Source: Octopus vulgaris
Taxonomy: Eukaryota
Direction: 5' to 3'
Length of the DNA: 64,000 nucleotides
Assembly: GCA_951406725.2 (NCBI GenBank)
Contig: OX597819.1
Span: forward strand, 121,954,001-122,018,000
The notes below the pieces were generated by a model, which did no database searches, had not been told where the DNA came from, and worked only from the letters and a program-made list of their open reading frames with translations. Each line of letters begins with the position of its first letter. The stretch's first letter is position 1. The translations under genes and the position numbers were made by a program. Shown here piece by piece: positions 14,697 to 27,561 of this stretch.

Positions 14697-15889
14697 ACAC
14701 AGACATGACAGAATTAAATAAAGACGCCATAAAATATCGCTTTATGTTTATTCTAACTTGTAAACGTTTATATTTTTTATTAATGACATTTTTATGTTTC
14801 AGGTCCTACATGTGGCTGTTTAATCATGCCATGTACAAAAGAAGCCTTGAAACATTCTAGATATCCAAGAGGTCGTACTGTGTGTCATTCTGAAGGGGAA
14901 CAGTCAGCTCAAAATCACAGAAAACGTTGGGATCACGCTTTCTACACTTAATAGAGAGATTGTGCAATTCACGAGAGAGGGAAAGGAGTCCACATCACTT
15001 CGCCTTGATCAACCATGTCCCTCTGACAGGACCCTTCTCTTACGAAAGAGAAGCGTAGAGAGTAATTCTCGTTGCAAGGCGTCTGACATAACAGAGGATG
15101 TTGATGTCAGTCCCAGAACAGCTGTCAGGTATCTCCACTAACTTGGTTACTATGGTAACAGCAAAAAGGAAGTACCTTTTTCGACCAGCCAACATCAAGC
15201 GGAGAGAAGATTGGGTAAGTGCGATGGTGAAGATGTCACTAGCATTTTGGAACACTGTCAGATTTGCTCTATTTTCTGACAGTGATTGAGTGTGAGTCTG
15301 GAGACTGTGATCAAGAATTTCAAGTGAAAAGATTGCAGCCAACGATGAAACACGGAAGTTATTCTGTGATGGTCTGGGGAGCAATTTGGAGCAATGGTTG
15401 ATAAGAACTGGGGGAGTGTGAAGGAAGCATAAACTCAGACAAATATGTGCCTATGTTGCAGAAAGGACTCCTTCCAATCTTTTCGAGTAGTGAAAGGATT
15501 ACAGAAGACCCAAGATTTGTTGGATGAGAATGGCATTAAAAAGATTTCATGGCCAAGCCAGTCACCAGATATGAATCCTATCGAACACCTCTGGGACATA
15601 ATAGGCAATATACTTCATGAAAAGAACCAGAAAGCATCTGCAAAGCCGGAAATTTTAAGATTACTGCATGAAATTTGAGAATTTGACAAGACATTCCGCA
15701 AGAGAATTTCTGTCATCTGATCAGTAACAAGCCTAATAGGTTCCTTGCATTGAAAAATGCAAAGGGCGTGTCTACTAAATATTAAATATTCACATCAAAA
15801 CAATTAATAAATACTTTGAATGTATATTTTCAGATTTAAATCAATTTTAGTATGTATAAAGGTGTCTGTTTACTTCTGTCGTTGCTGTG
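14697..15889 (+). mobile_element. Degenerate Tc1 (DD34E-type) transposon
   Basis: WPSQSPDMNPIEHLWDII motif in ORF 15445-15678. Imperfect TIRs CACAGACATGACAGAATTAAATAAAGAC and GTCTGTTTACTTCTGTCGTTGCTGTG. Confidence 0.75.
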
Positions 15890-15966
15890 TGTATGTATCT
15901 ACGTGACAGCACTTACCTAGTGTACCTAATCGTTTAGATCACCTGTGAACTAAGCCCCCATATTTC

Positions 15967-16355
<389 letters not shown>

Positions 16356-16749
16356 GCAAAATTACTAACGGTGAATAAATATGAATACAAAAAACGCAAA
16401 TATCTTCGTAAGCTGATTCAGAAGATAACGGAAAAGATACTGGGCTTTTCTGAAATATTCTAACACGATCTACAAATCTGTTGCAATATGTAATGTAAAT
16501 TAAGTCGAAAATTAAAGATTTAAAGACTAAATGTAGAATTTAAAAATTGTAAGGGATAAAATATGCATGAAAACCGTTTTGCGTTTCATCTGAGAAATAC
16601 TCAGAGACAGCAATTAGATTATGTGTCTATGAGAGCGCTTTTATTTGGCCACTTTATATGTTTGACATAATAGCCACATTTCTTTCAGAGTATCTAAAGC
16701 ATCCATATATTATATTAGGTGTCATCTCAATAGTCATTTTAAGTCGGTG

Positions 16750-16913
16750 AGGAAGGAGTGGCTGTGTGGTAAGTAGCTTGTTAACCAACCACATGGTTCC
16801 GGGTTCAGTCCCACTGCGTGGCATCCTGGGCAAGTGTCCTCTGCTATAGCCCCGGGCCGACCAATGCCTTGTGAGTGGATTTGGTGGACGGAAACTGAAA
16901 GAAGCCTGTCGTA

Positions 16914-16974
<61 letters not shown>

Positions 16975-17184
16975 TTGTGTGTCTGTGTTTGTCCCCCTAG
17001 CATTGCTTGACAACCGATGCTGGAGCGTTTACGTCCCCGTCACTTAGCGGTTCGGCAAAAGAGACCGATAGAATAAGTACTGGGCTTACAAACAATAAGT
17101 CCCGGGGTCGATTTGCTCGACTAAAGGCGGTGCTACAGCATGGCCGCAGTCAAATGACTGAAACAAGTAAAAGAGTAAAAGAGT
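16750..17184 (+). mobile_element. SINE family C
   Basis: Matches the 9638 copy. Absent from the paralogous site near 8778. Confidence 0.85.
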
Positions 17185-17708
17185 AATATATGAAATAGTT
17201 GTACTCGCAGGTTTATATGACCACCTCCTGGCAGACTCCATATGACCACCTCCAGGCAGACTCCATGGTTCATTTTCACAACGATAGCACTATTATATGT
17301 TGTCAACGTATTGATTGCAATTAAAATATAAATAAATAAACAGATGTTGAGATGTATTCAGAGAAGACGCAAGAGATTATACTTTTACGATTGCTAAAAA
17401 AGATAAATATTGCCCTAGAAGTGTGGTGAAATAGGATCCCTCATAAATATTCAAAGAGTGCTTGATGGCTTGGACGCAAGTCTACCCGTTGCAATTCGTT
17501 TGCAAATGCCACGAAGACCTGAATATCGTGTCATATTGGTAAGCGAGAAATAAAATTTATTAACACTCATTTGACAAATAATAGAGCTTTTTTTTTTAAT
17601 CACCGCATAAATATTTTTAATTTCCTTTCTTTTTCTCTTGTGTTAACTACGTCAGCTGAAAGTTATGTTTCATTTCGTACATTGACATAGAAATACCGAT
17701 ACATGTGT

Positions 17709-18090
17709 GGAGGCGCAATGGCCCAGTGGTTAGGGCAGCGGACTCGCGGTCGTAGGATCGCGGTTTCGATTCCCAGACCGGGCGTTGTGAGTGTTTATTC
17801 AGCGAAAACACCTAAAGCTCCACGAGGCTCCGGCAGGGGATGGTGGCGATCCCTGCTGTACTCTTTCACCACAACTTTCTCTCACTCTTACTTCCTGTTT
17901 CTGTTGTACCTGTATTTCAAGGGGCCGGCCTTGTCACTCTCTGTGTCACGCTGAATATCCCCGAGAACTAAGTTAAGGGTACACGTGTCTGTGGAGTGCT
18001 CAGCCACTTACACGTTAATTTCACGAGCAGGCTGTTCCGTTGATCGGATCAACCGGAACCCTCGTCGTCGTAACCGACGGAGTGCTTCCA
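17709..18090 (+). mobile_element. Full-length SINE, head A plus tail 1
   Basis: TSD CCGATACATGTG on both sides. Empty site in the paralogous block near 10195. Confidence 0.9.
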
Positions 18091-19010
18091 CCGATACATG
18101 TGGTGGTGGAGGATCACACTTAGTTTGAACAGCCTCGATCACGTGACAGTCAGTTTTTTTATTTCATTTTTCGTCTTTTACCGAAAGAATGAAAGAATAA
18201 GTGAATGAAGGTGCGTATCCTAGTGTTTAGGATGTGGCATTCACGATCGAAAGATTATTTTTTGAGGTTCTGCCTGGAGTGAGCGGTATGTTGTGTCCTT
18301 TAGTTCACGTTGATCCAGTTCACTCATTAGTGAATAATCCTGCGGTGGACTGGCGTCCCGTCCAGTGTGTGTGTGTGTTCTGACCTCCGTCACATATTTC
18401 ATGGAAATTGAATAACCGGCCTTATGCAGTCTCGAACTCAAAACGTAAATGTTCAGGGTTTGATGATAATGATGAAAGATTTGAAGGCAATGGCTGATTC
18501 AGTGAAATCGAAAATTAATATAACATACTTTAGTCTGATATTAAATCGAACTGTCCTTTTATCTCCTTACCATAAAATTTCTAAAACCAGTGGTTTCAAA
18601 TTTTAGCACAAGGCCAGAAGATTTATGAGGAGGGGGTTAGTCGGTTACCCTGAACCTAGAACTTCACTGGTACTTTATTTTATCCACCGCGAAAGGGTTT
18701 ATAATAATGTTGACCTCTGAGGTTTGAACCCAGAACTCAAAGAACCGAAACCAATACAGCAATGCGAAATTACTTCCAATGCTGTAACGAATCCTGCTTC
18801 CTACCATTTTTCGTAATTTTGAAATTAATCAAATGCCAGTGAAATCGACCTCAGTACTTGAGTAGAACTATATTTTCTCAAGAGTCGATCAGTGAAGAAT
18901 AGCGTTAACCTTGAATGAATTTAAAAGCTCAAAGGAGATGACAAATATCGCAAAGCACAGACGCCCTTCAGGATACTGTCAGTGTGCCACACTAAAGTAA
19001 TAATAATAAC

Positions 19011-19057
<47 letters not shown>

Positions 19058-19058
<1 letters not shown>

Positions 19059-19430
19059 GACCTACTCATTGAAATTGAGAAAATGTGGCATCTCAAGGCG
19101 GTTACAATACCAGTGATCGTAGGAGCACTAGGAATGATCAAGAAGGGAACCGAAAATTAAATGAGAATGATACCTGGCTTACCATCCCTGCAAGAAGTGC
19201 AAAAGATTGTCTTAACTGGTACATCACACGTATTGAGAAGAGCACTGTCGATGTGAGAACTGTTGCTGCTCATGTATTTTAATTTAACAAAAAAAAAAAA
19301 AAAAAAAAAAATGAACGAACTACTGAGTTTGGTTTAATGGCCTACCAATGTATACTATGAGTTTCTTTGCCCTAGGAGTCGGGAAGACACTCGGCAAGAA
19401 ATTGAAGCAAATTTGAAAGAAGAAAAAAAA

Positions 19431-19432
<2 letters not shown>
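19058..19432 (+). mobile_element. R4/Dong-type LINE 3' end inserted in (AAT)n
   Basis: KDLLIEIEKMWHLKAVTIPVIVGALGMIKKG is an RLE C-terminus. (AAT)n on both sides. Confidence 0.75.
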
Positions 19433-19462
<30 letters not shown>

Positions 19463-19941
19463 CTTTTCTACTCTAGGCACAAGGCCCGAAATTCTGGGGA
19501 GAGAGAGGGGCAGTCGAGTAGATCGACCCCAGTACGCAAGTGGTACATAATTTATCGACTCTGAAAGTATGTATTTGGTGTACCCTTATAGTTATGACAG
19601 GTATATTGGGCTTCGTATAGTTGTACCCCAGTGCCACATTGATTGCATGCGCTCCTACCCCACTCAATAATAAAAATAAATAATAATAGTAATGATCATA
19701 AGAAGAAAAATTCCTAGAAATGACGAAGAGCCTGTAAGGCTGTTCAGTAATATCATCGGACTGCATCATTGGCCTTGATGAGTTTCATAATGCTAATTTT
19801 GTATGAGGTGGCCTCAAGTAAATAGGCGATAAAACCTGCTAAACCATTAGCACCCTGGCCTTTGCTGGTAGTGAACAGCTGACACTGTAGTACATCTTCA
19901 GCGTTGGAAGCTGTGCAAAAGCAGCAGCAACGACAACAACA

Positions 19942-20008
<67 letters not shown>

Positions 20009-20221
20009 TAATAGAAGAGCACTATCGCTGTGAAAATAACATCCATCCATGAATTTATTTATTTATTAATTTTAATTTTTAAATACATATTTTATCTGTG
20101 AATTTGCGCGTGCAATCTGGGAATGCATACAATGCCCTTCTCTGCCCTAGGTGTATGGAAAACACTCGGCGAGAAATGGAAGAAAATTTGAAGAAAGAAG
20201 GAAAAAAATAATAATAATAAT

Positions 20222-20620
20222 ACCCGAAACTGAGCAAGTATAAAGATCTTGAAATAGAAATTAGCAAGACTAAAACAATACCTGTTGTGATAGGTGCCAT
20301 AAGAATGATAGCAAAAGGGGTTGATTGCTCTCTAGTTCAGATAAAAGGAAACCCCAAAATTGCAGAAATTCAAAAGATGGTGCTCATGAGAACTGCCCAT
20401 ATCCTACGCAAAATACTATCTATGTAATCTCAAGTTTTAAAACAAACACATAATTATCTTATGGTTTGTTAAACATTCTGTAGAACACCACTATGTACAA
20501 AGCCAAATATATGGCACCCTAGGCATAACACCAACATAAACTTCAAACTTGTCTTTTGAGGTCTGTGGGTGAGACTTGGAGCCAACTTGTACAAATGTAA
20601 GGCAAAAGTCAAACATAAAT
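20222..20620 (+). mobile_element. R4/Dong-type LINE 3' end, same family as the element ending at 27560
   Basis: KLSKYKDLEIEISKTKTIPVVIGAI... and a 3' UTR matching 27170-27560. (AAT)n flanks. Confidence 0.75.
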
Positions 20621-20625
20621 TAATG

Positions 20626-20665
<40 letters not shown>

Positions 20666-20696
20666 TGATAATTATGATGATGATAATAATAATTAA

Positions 20697-20935
20697 CGTC
20701 GCCCTTTTCATGAGCCTGGTTTCCCGGTTTCTGTGGCGTATGTTTTCCCCCCAGCTGGACGGGACGCCAGTCCATTGCAGCGTTACTCTAGAAACAGGAA
20801 GAGAAAGTGAGAGAAAGTTGTGGCGAAAGAGTACAACAGGGGTCTCCACCACCCGTTGCCGGAGCCTCGTGGAGCTTTTAGGTGTTTTCGCTCAATAAAC
20901 ACACACAACGCCCGGTCTGGGAATCGAAACCGCGA
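20697..20935 (-). mobile_element. SINE head A (5'-truncated) plus tail 2
   Basis: Reverse complement of the 32349 and 60513 type. Confidence 0.8.
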
Positions 20936-20974
20936 CAATAATAATTACAATAAAGTAAATAAACATAAACTTAC

Positions 20975-21251
20975 CGAATTTTCCTCCGTAAATGACACGG
21001 TTACAATCGTCATATTGGCTGTTACTCAACACACAGACTTGTTGAGACTGTGAAAACACTGTTCCCTTACCACATGCTAAAGGTCGTAGAAACATAGGAT
21101 TACATAAATAAAATTCACTGCAGTTCCTTGGTGATCGCAGAAAATGTGATCCCGGTCTGATTTCTGTCTGCCTACACAAGGTCATAATGTCTTGGCTGTA
21201 GACTGCTGTGACTGCGACCAAGAGAAAAACAGCTGCAACACGAAGCTCCAT
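20975..21251 (-). CDS. Chitin-binding gene 1, exon 1 (signal peptide plus first ChtBD2 domain); predicted 152-aa secreted peritrophin-like protein
   Basis: MELRVAAVFLLVAVTAVYS is a hydrophobic signal peptide. The six-Cys domain follows: CRQTEIRPGSHFLRSPRNCSEFYLCNPMFLRPLACGKGTVFSQSQQVCVLSNSQYDDC. G|GTAAGT donor; 277 nt, phase 1, joins exon 2 in frame (G+AT=Asp). Confidence 0.9.
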
Positions 21252-21344
21252 TGTCGTAATAATTTATCGGTTGTTAAATCGAACGAGAGAGTTTTAACGA
21301 ATTGCTTTGCAGCGATGCTATCACAAGAGACTGATAACCTCAGA

Positions 21345-21384
21345 AAATGTGACGCAGACCCCTTGAAATCTGTTTCTTATATAG
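21345..21384 (-). promoter_or_regulatory. Candidate TATA box and initiator of chitin-binding gene 1
   Basis: CTATATAAG at 21384-21376 and an Inr-like TCACATT about 30-33 nt downstream, about 100 nt upstream of the ATG. Confidence 0.5.
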
Positions 21385-21628
21385 TATATCCACAGGGTTA
21401 AAGTGAGGTTTAGGTTTAGGTTTGGGGAAAATGCTTCGGGTTATTGTTTAAATGATTCATCATTTGGTTCTCTATTCTTTAAGCTCATGAACGTCCGCCC
21501 AAGAACCTTGCTAAACAACTTATTTCATCCTCTTAGTACAATCCCATCGTTCACTGTCTCCGTATAACACCCTACCATCCCTTCTATTTGAAGCCTTATT
21601 TTCTTTTCCTCATATTCATGGCACGCAG

Positions 21629-21687
<59 letters not shown>

Positions 21688-22147
21688 CACGCACACACAC
21701 ATGCACGCACACACACATGCATATACTCACACAGACGCATGAACACATGCATTCTTCTTTGTTATATGGGGTATCTGATGTTTGTTCATCGACTTGATTC
21801 TGAGTATCACAACACACCTTTTGATACATTCTCCTCCTCTGTCTGCCTACTCTTTTTCCCTCTCCCCAATCTTTCTCTCCCCCCCTCTCTCTCTCTCCCT
21901 CTTTTACTTCTATGCTCCTTATTGTTGTTCCTTCTATGTATCCGGTTGCACTCTTTTTACTTTCTCTTTCACTTCTCGTTTCCGTCTCTCTCTTTTGCCT
22001 CTCTCTCTTCTCTTTCTTTCGGCCCCGCCCACTCTCTGTCTCCTATCTTACATCTATCTATTTTCGTCCAGCGGGTCCCAAAAGCAAAGGAATCATATCA
22101 ACGTGGTTTCACCGCATACTTCTCTCCAAACTTATATATTTTGCGTA

Positions 22148-22450
22148 ACTAGTACGTATTTAACTGACCCCGAAACAATGAAAGACAAAGTCGACCTCAG
22201 CGGAATTTGAACTCAGAATGTAGCGGCAGTCGAAATACCTATTTCTTTATTACCCACAAGGGGCTAAACATAGAGGGGACAAACAAGGACAGACATAGGT
22301 ATTAAGTCGATTATATCGACCCCCAGTGCGTAACTGGTACTTATTTAATCGACCCCGAAACGATGAAAGGCAAAATCGATCTCAGCTGAATTTGAACTCA
22401 GAACGTAACGTAACGGCAGACGAAATACCGCTAAGCATTTCGCCCGGCGT
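22148..22450 (-). mobile_element. SINE family B, dimer
   Basis: Same GAAATAG|GTATTTC junction at 22238/22239. Confidence 0.8.
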
Positions 22451-23395
22451 CTTCTCTCCAAAATTATATTTAAACTTAACTTTAGTTAAGCCACGCTGAG
22501 AAAATAACAGCAGACAGGGATGTAAAGGACTGTTGTTTATTGCGTGTCAAACATTTACAAACGTGAGAAAGAGCAATCTACCCCTACAGACCAGGTCGTG
22601 TTATACGCCTCACCAGAAGTGCTTTACGAGCACACATACTTGTTACATTTAAGCTAAAATAACCAATTCCCTAAACAACATCTAAGCGGTGTAATCGTTA
22701 ACCTGGAGTCTTTCTTCCACTATCATCTTATAATCAAATTACGTTTAAAGCAGCCTTTTAATTTACTTATGTTCTGACAGACATTCTCTAGAAAAATTCT
22801 CTGTGCAAACCAAATATATGGCACCCTAGTCACAACACAAACTTGAACTTCTAACTTGTTGTCTCTTGGGGTCTCTGCGTGAGAATTGGATTCAACTTGT
22901 ACAAATACAAAGCAAAATCCAAGTATTAATAATAGTTGTAATTATCCATTCTACTAAGGCACAACGTCTGAAATTTTAGGGGAGAGGTCTCGTCGATTAT
23001 GTCAACCCCAGTACACGGCTGGTATTTATTTTATTGAAAGAACGAAATGCAAAGTCTTCCACGGCAGAATTTGAACTCAGAACGTATAGACGACCGAAAG
23101 GCAGCAACGCATTTTGCTTGGCGCGCTAACGATTCTGCCAACTCACCGTCTTAATAAAATAAAACTGATACTAATAAAAATAATGGTTTCACATTTTGCC
23201 ACAAGGGCAGAAATTTTAGTGGGAGGGGATGAATTGATTACATCGACCATAGTACTTTACTAGTACTTAATTAATCGACCCCAAAAGAATGAAAGGTAAA
23301 GTCGACTTCGGTGGAATTTGAACATAGTGTAGCGACGGACGAAATACCGCTAAGCATTTTACACGACTTGCAAAAGATTCTGCCAGCTAGCTGCC

Positions 23396-23409
23396 TTAGT
23401 AGTAGCAGC

Positions 23410-23476
<67 letters not shown>

Positions 23477-23506
23477 ATACTAATATTACTACTACTACTA
23501 CTACTG

Positions 23507-23540
<34 letters not shown>

Positions 23541-23680
23541 AAAGAAGAAGAAGAAGAAGAAGAAGAAGAAGAAGAAGAAGAAGAAGAAGAAGAAGAAGAA
23601 GAAGAAGAAAGAGAAGAAGAAGAAGAAGAAGAAGAAGAAGAAGCAGAAGAAGAAGAAGAATAAGAAGAAGAAGAAGAAGA
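23396..23680. repeat. Compound trinucleotide array (AGT)n-(ACT)n-(AAT)n-(AAG)n
   Basis: Direct reading. Confidence 0.95.
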
Positions 23681-26600
23681 AGTTGTCAAGGCCTTCTATC
23701 ATGCCATGTATCTCCCCACAAATAAATCTAACGCTGAACAAACCTGCTTAAACTGGAGACAGAAGCACCTTGAAGTAAGATCCTACATAGGCAAGCTATA
23801 CTTGCCTACGTACACTTGTGTCAGAAATTAATTAGCACTTCTCAAATTTCTACATTAAATAGGTTAAATTAATTAACCTATGAGCTGTTCAAAACGTCTT
23901 ACGCGATGAGAAAACTTAGTATGGTGATTTCGGTCCTTGCGAGGTGCTACCTATATCTATTAAACAAAGGAAGATTTGTCTGCATCCGCACTCCAAGTTG
24001 TTGTTGCACTGCTATGTCAACATCATAAGGCTGTAGACTCTCAAACTGCTCTGCAAACAAAGTTACGTCATCGTTCTGCGCAACAGTGAACTCGCAACAA
24101 AGCAATAGTTCGAGATATGGCCACTAGGTGACAGCACATACCTTGAGTGAAGAGCAAATCAAGGGTGCTAATTAATTTCTGACGGTAGTGTAAGAAGAAA
24201 CAGGATGAAAAAGGAATTATTAACTGAATTAGGGATTGACCAAATTAAACAATCAGTAAGGGATATAGGGAACGAAGTTGCAACTAAAAAAGATACTACA
24301 GAGGAAATAATTATAGACCAACTCAGGTCAGATGAAAATGCAGTAATTATAGAAAGAGTCAATGTAACTGATAAACCAAATGAAATACTCTCTGACCCAA
24401 CCATAAACACCAAGGCAGATGAAAATCAAATAGAAGAAGAAAGTCACACAGAAATTGACCCAACTGAACTAGATGATCTAAAAAGTCAAATCATGTTTGA
24501 ATGGCTGAAAATTATAGAAACCAGTTTGAATGAACGTGATACTCTCCTAAAAATTTGCCATCCTAATCAAAACCTGAAAGTAATTGGTAAAATCCGCCTT
24601 GCACGTAAGGATATATATTTTCAGCTAATGATGTTAATTATAGATTTCAACCACTTGTACTTATGCATCCGCGAAAATCTTAACGATTCTATGTGGAGAA
24701 AAGATTAGAAAACGACAACATTCCCACAAAAAGCCAACTTGGCAAGAACGTATTCAACACCAAATTCAGCTACTTAGGTCTGACGTAGAATGCGTAAAAA
24801 AAACTTAAGTTTGACAAGACTGGCAAAACTACAACAATACGAAAATTAAAGAAATAATATAATATGAAACCATATTTGTCATCGATGCCACCATAGAATC
24901 TATCCAGCAAAAGGTGTGTACTAAAGCTTCCCGCATAGCAAGGTATGAAAAGCGCGTTAGATTCTTCAAGGAAAACATGTTCAAAAATAACCAAAAACTC
25001 TTTTTACAGAATGATAGGGGAAAAACAGTTACAGTAAACTCTACCCCATCAAAAGAAGAAGTGCAGGAATTTTGGAATAAAATTTGGGCAGGAGAAAAAC
25101 ATACGATATAAAGGCCTCTTAGATTGATAGAATATCTACTGACTTAGATCCCTTAAAAGGGCAAAAGTTGAAGGGTGTCAAGGTAGAGGAGGTAAGATCT
25201 GCTCTCAGGAAGCCAAGCAAATGGAAGACTTCAGGAAAGGATAAAATTCCTAACTACTGGTTGAATGCCTTCCTAGAGAGCCATGAACTGCTAACAAAAC
25301 TTTACAACAATGTTTTACAACAACCTAGCATGATTCCCTCTTCGCTAGTTAATGGTGTTATATTCCTACTCCCAAAATATGAAGAAACAAATGAATCAAA
25401 AAATTATAGACCCACAATCTGCTTAACAACAATGTATAAAATACTAACATCTGTATTGAGGATGTAAACGTGGGCGCTATGGTTGTAAAGATCAGCTATT
25501 CATCAATAAGATGATCTTGGAAGATTGTCACAAACGACAAAAAAACTATTCGATAGCTAGGAGAGACTACAAAAATATTTTGATAGTCTACCACATACCT
25601 GGAAATGTATAAAATAGCATCTAGTCTGCGAAACGTCTGGTCTGTAGGTATGACATCATGCAGAACTACACAAGCTTTGAACAGTGACAATGAATCTCTC
25701 AATGCTGGACATGTAAGAATTTCATGTGGCATTTTCCAGGGTGATTCTCTATCATAACCCCTCTTTTGTCTAGCCTTAATACGTCTCTCGAAATTGCTTG
25801 ATGATTTACAGTATGGATATAAAATGATAGATAAAAATATAAACCGTCTCTTTTACATAGACAATTTTGAGTTCTTTGCATAAAATGACTAACAAATACA
25901 GAACTTGATAGCGATTGTTAAGCAATTCAATGATGACATCAGAATACAATTTGACCTCGATAAATGTGCAAAAGCTACCTTCATCAAAGGAAAAATGACA
26001 GAAATATTAATCTTGACCAACAGAATATCATTAAGGAGTTAGAACCAAAGGAGAGCTACAAATGCCTTGTAGTATTTGGGGGTGATGGAATCAAACATTC
26101 AATGATGAATGAAAGGATCAGAAGAGAATGTTATCGCAGGGTGAGTGTAATACTCAAGACAGAGCTGAATGTAAGAAACAGGATCGAAGGGATCAATACT
26201 CTAGCCATACTGGTCGTGATTTAGTTTCAATATCATTAACTGGTCAATTATTGAAATATGTAATCTTGACAGAATAACATGAAAATTGATGACAATACAT
26301 AGGAAGTACCACCCTAAGACTGTTATAGAACGACTTTACCTACTAAGAAAAGTGGGTGGCCGTGAACTTTTACAACTGGCATTAACATTGAAGATTGCCA
26401 CAATTGGCCTAGACACCTACCTGAAAATCTCTGATGGCTGGATGTTAAAACTTGTCTTAAAGCATGAAAACAAGGAAGTATCATACTCAGTAAGAATATC
26501 TAAGTGAATTCCAAATACAACAAATCCTAGAATTAGACTTACTGGAAACAAGCACAGAAAAATCTGAGCGTATGAAAACCCGTGCTAAAACTGCTGCCTT

Positions 26601-27560
26601 AGATTTTCTTACTGATAAATGGCAAGAAAAACCTCTCAATTGCAAATACCCAAAGAGAGCGAATAATGCCGATGTTAATAAAGCCCTTACCCATCAATGG
26701 TGAGAGGCTTCTGGCTTAGAATCAGAAACAGAAGGGTTTATCGTAGCAGGCCAAGATCAATGCCTACTTACAAGGAACTACCAGGCCAATATATTGAAGA
26801 ACAGCAGCAGCGCAACATGTCGTGTATCTCAACAACAAAATGAAACCATTGAACATGTTGTCTCCATGTGCAGTCTTCTTGCGCCTACAGAGTATCTCAA
26901 TAACTATGATAGAGCAGCACAATATATTCACTAAGTAATTTTCAAAAACCTGGGCCTGCCCCATGATAAAAATTAGTGGGAACACAAACCACCTCCAGTG
27001 CTTGCAAAGGATCACATCTCACTCCTCTGGAAATTGACCGTTTAAAATGACAGAAAGATAGATGCGAATAGGCCAGACATTACATTGAAAACCTTCAGAC
27101 AAAAATCCTGTCTCCTCATTGATATGACTGTCCCAATCGATATAAATGTATCTGTCAAGACCTACCAAAAACTGAGCAAATACAAATATCTTGAAATAGA
27201 AACTGGCAAATATGGAAAATCAATACTAAAACAATACCTGTTGTCATAGGAGCCCTAGGAATGATAGCAAAATGGACTGATTCCTACCTAGCTTAGATAT
27301 CAGCAAACCCCAAAATGGCAGAATTTGAAAAGACACTGCTCATTGTAATTGGCCATATCCTACGTAAAATACTTTCTATGTCATCTCAAATTTTAAAACA
27401 AACTTATAATTGCCTTATGTTTTCTTAAACATTCTCTAGAACAATATTGTACAAAACCAAATATATGACACCCTAAGCATAACACCAGCATGAACTTCTA
27501 ACTTGTTCTCCCTTGAGGTCTTTGGGTGAGACTTGAACTCAACTTGTACAAATACAAAGC
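23681..27560 (+). mobile_element. R4/Dong-clade RLE non-LTR retrotransposon, near full length but heavily degenerate
   Basis: Fragments: SKWKTSGKDKIPNYWL, NYRPTICLTTMYKIL, GIFQGDS, MNERIRRECYRRVSVILKTELN, RLYLLRKVGGRELLQL, zinc knuckle CRVS..NETIEHVVSMC, NRPDITL...LIDMTVPID...KLSKYK (RLE). Confidence 0.85.
23813..24190. mobile_element. Tc1-type MITE (378 bp) inserted at a TA in the R4/Dong ORF
   Basis: TIRs CACTTGTGTCAGAAATTAATTAGCAC and GTGCTAATTAATTTCTGACGGTAGTG, with TA on both sides. Removing it restores LAYVRRNRMKK. Confidence 0.8.
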
Positions 27561-27561
27561 A

